Positions 63,801 through 64,000 of a DNA stretch of 64,000 bases are shown here, in pieces (within the stretch, counting starts at the first letter, position 1; every line of letters starts with the position of its first letter). This stretch comes from Mizuhopecten yessoensis (Eukaryota), in the NCBI RefSeq assembly GCF_002113885.1, contig NW_018403528.1, positions 421,641 to 485,640 of the forward strand, in the 5' to 3' direction. The position numbers and the translations under genes were made by a program. Below the pieces are notes generated by a model, which was given only the letters and a program-made list of their open reading frames with translations, was not told where the DNA came from and ran no database searches.

Positions 63801-64000
63801 TTTGATTTTTTTTTCTTCAAACGATTCTAATTTTCGTAATTTAAGCTTCAACAAATTTTCTACTACAAATACAAGCAGTAAAATTATTCTCTCTTAATTA
63901 CCTTAGGGATTTCTGCTATGGCCAATAGACATTAAATCTGCAAAATGTAAATTTTGTAAAATTGAACATTTAGAATCCTTAAAATCTATGCATGGACTGT

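Noticed and set aside
62200-64000. Coding exon of a further gene
   Set aside because: No convincing ORF or splice pattern. It looks like AT-rich 3' UTR or intergenic sequence (minus-strand AATAAA at ~62203 and ~63249), but a gene cannot be supported from this window.

Overview
AT-rich, intron-rich animal genomic DNA. The repeat families (Helentron/HINE-type elements carrying ~145-157 bp satellite cores, PHD-bearing CR1-like LINE) suggest a bivalve mollusc; this is inference. From left to right: (1) a tandem duplication carrying two 2-exon SAYSD1 copies (56-1609, disabled; 10042-12272, intact exon 1, but both copies share an in-frame TAA early in exon 2), riddled with nested transposons; (2) a complete 18-exon COG2 gene on the minus strand (17648-34054, 745 aa); (3) a degenerate PHD-endonuclease-RT LINE in the head-to-head intergenic region; (4) a complete 8-exon eIF3k gene on the plus strand (38420-46951, 216 aa); (5) several minisatellites (27, 31, 32, 33, 33, 44 bp), which explain most long 'ORFs' in the track; (6) a 2-exon secreted single-Kunitz-domain gene (58200-58706); (7) an unexplained array of five conserved 140-bp rod-like hairpin modules with variable spacers (59158-60845), which fold better on the minus strand. 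This array is the best candidate for an undescribed structured-RNA system. Exon boundaries were traced by hand from GT/AG sites and reading-frame continuity; family assignments rest on recalled motifs, not database searches.
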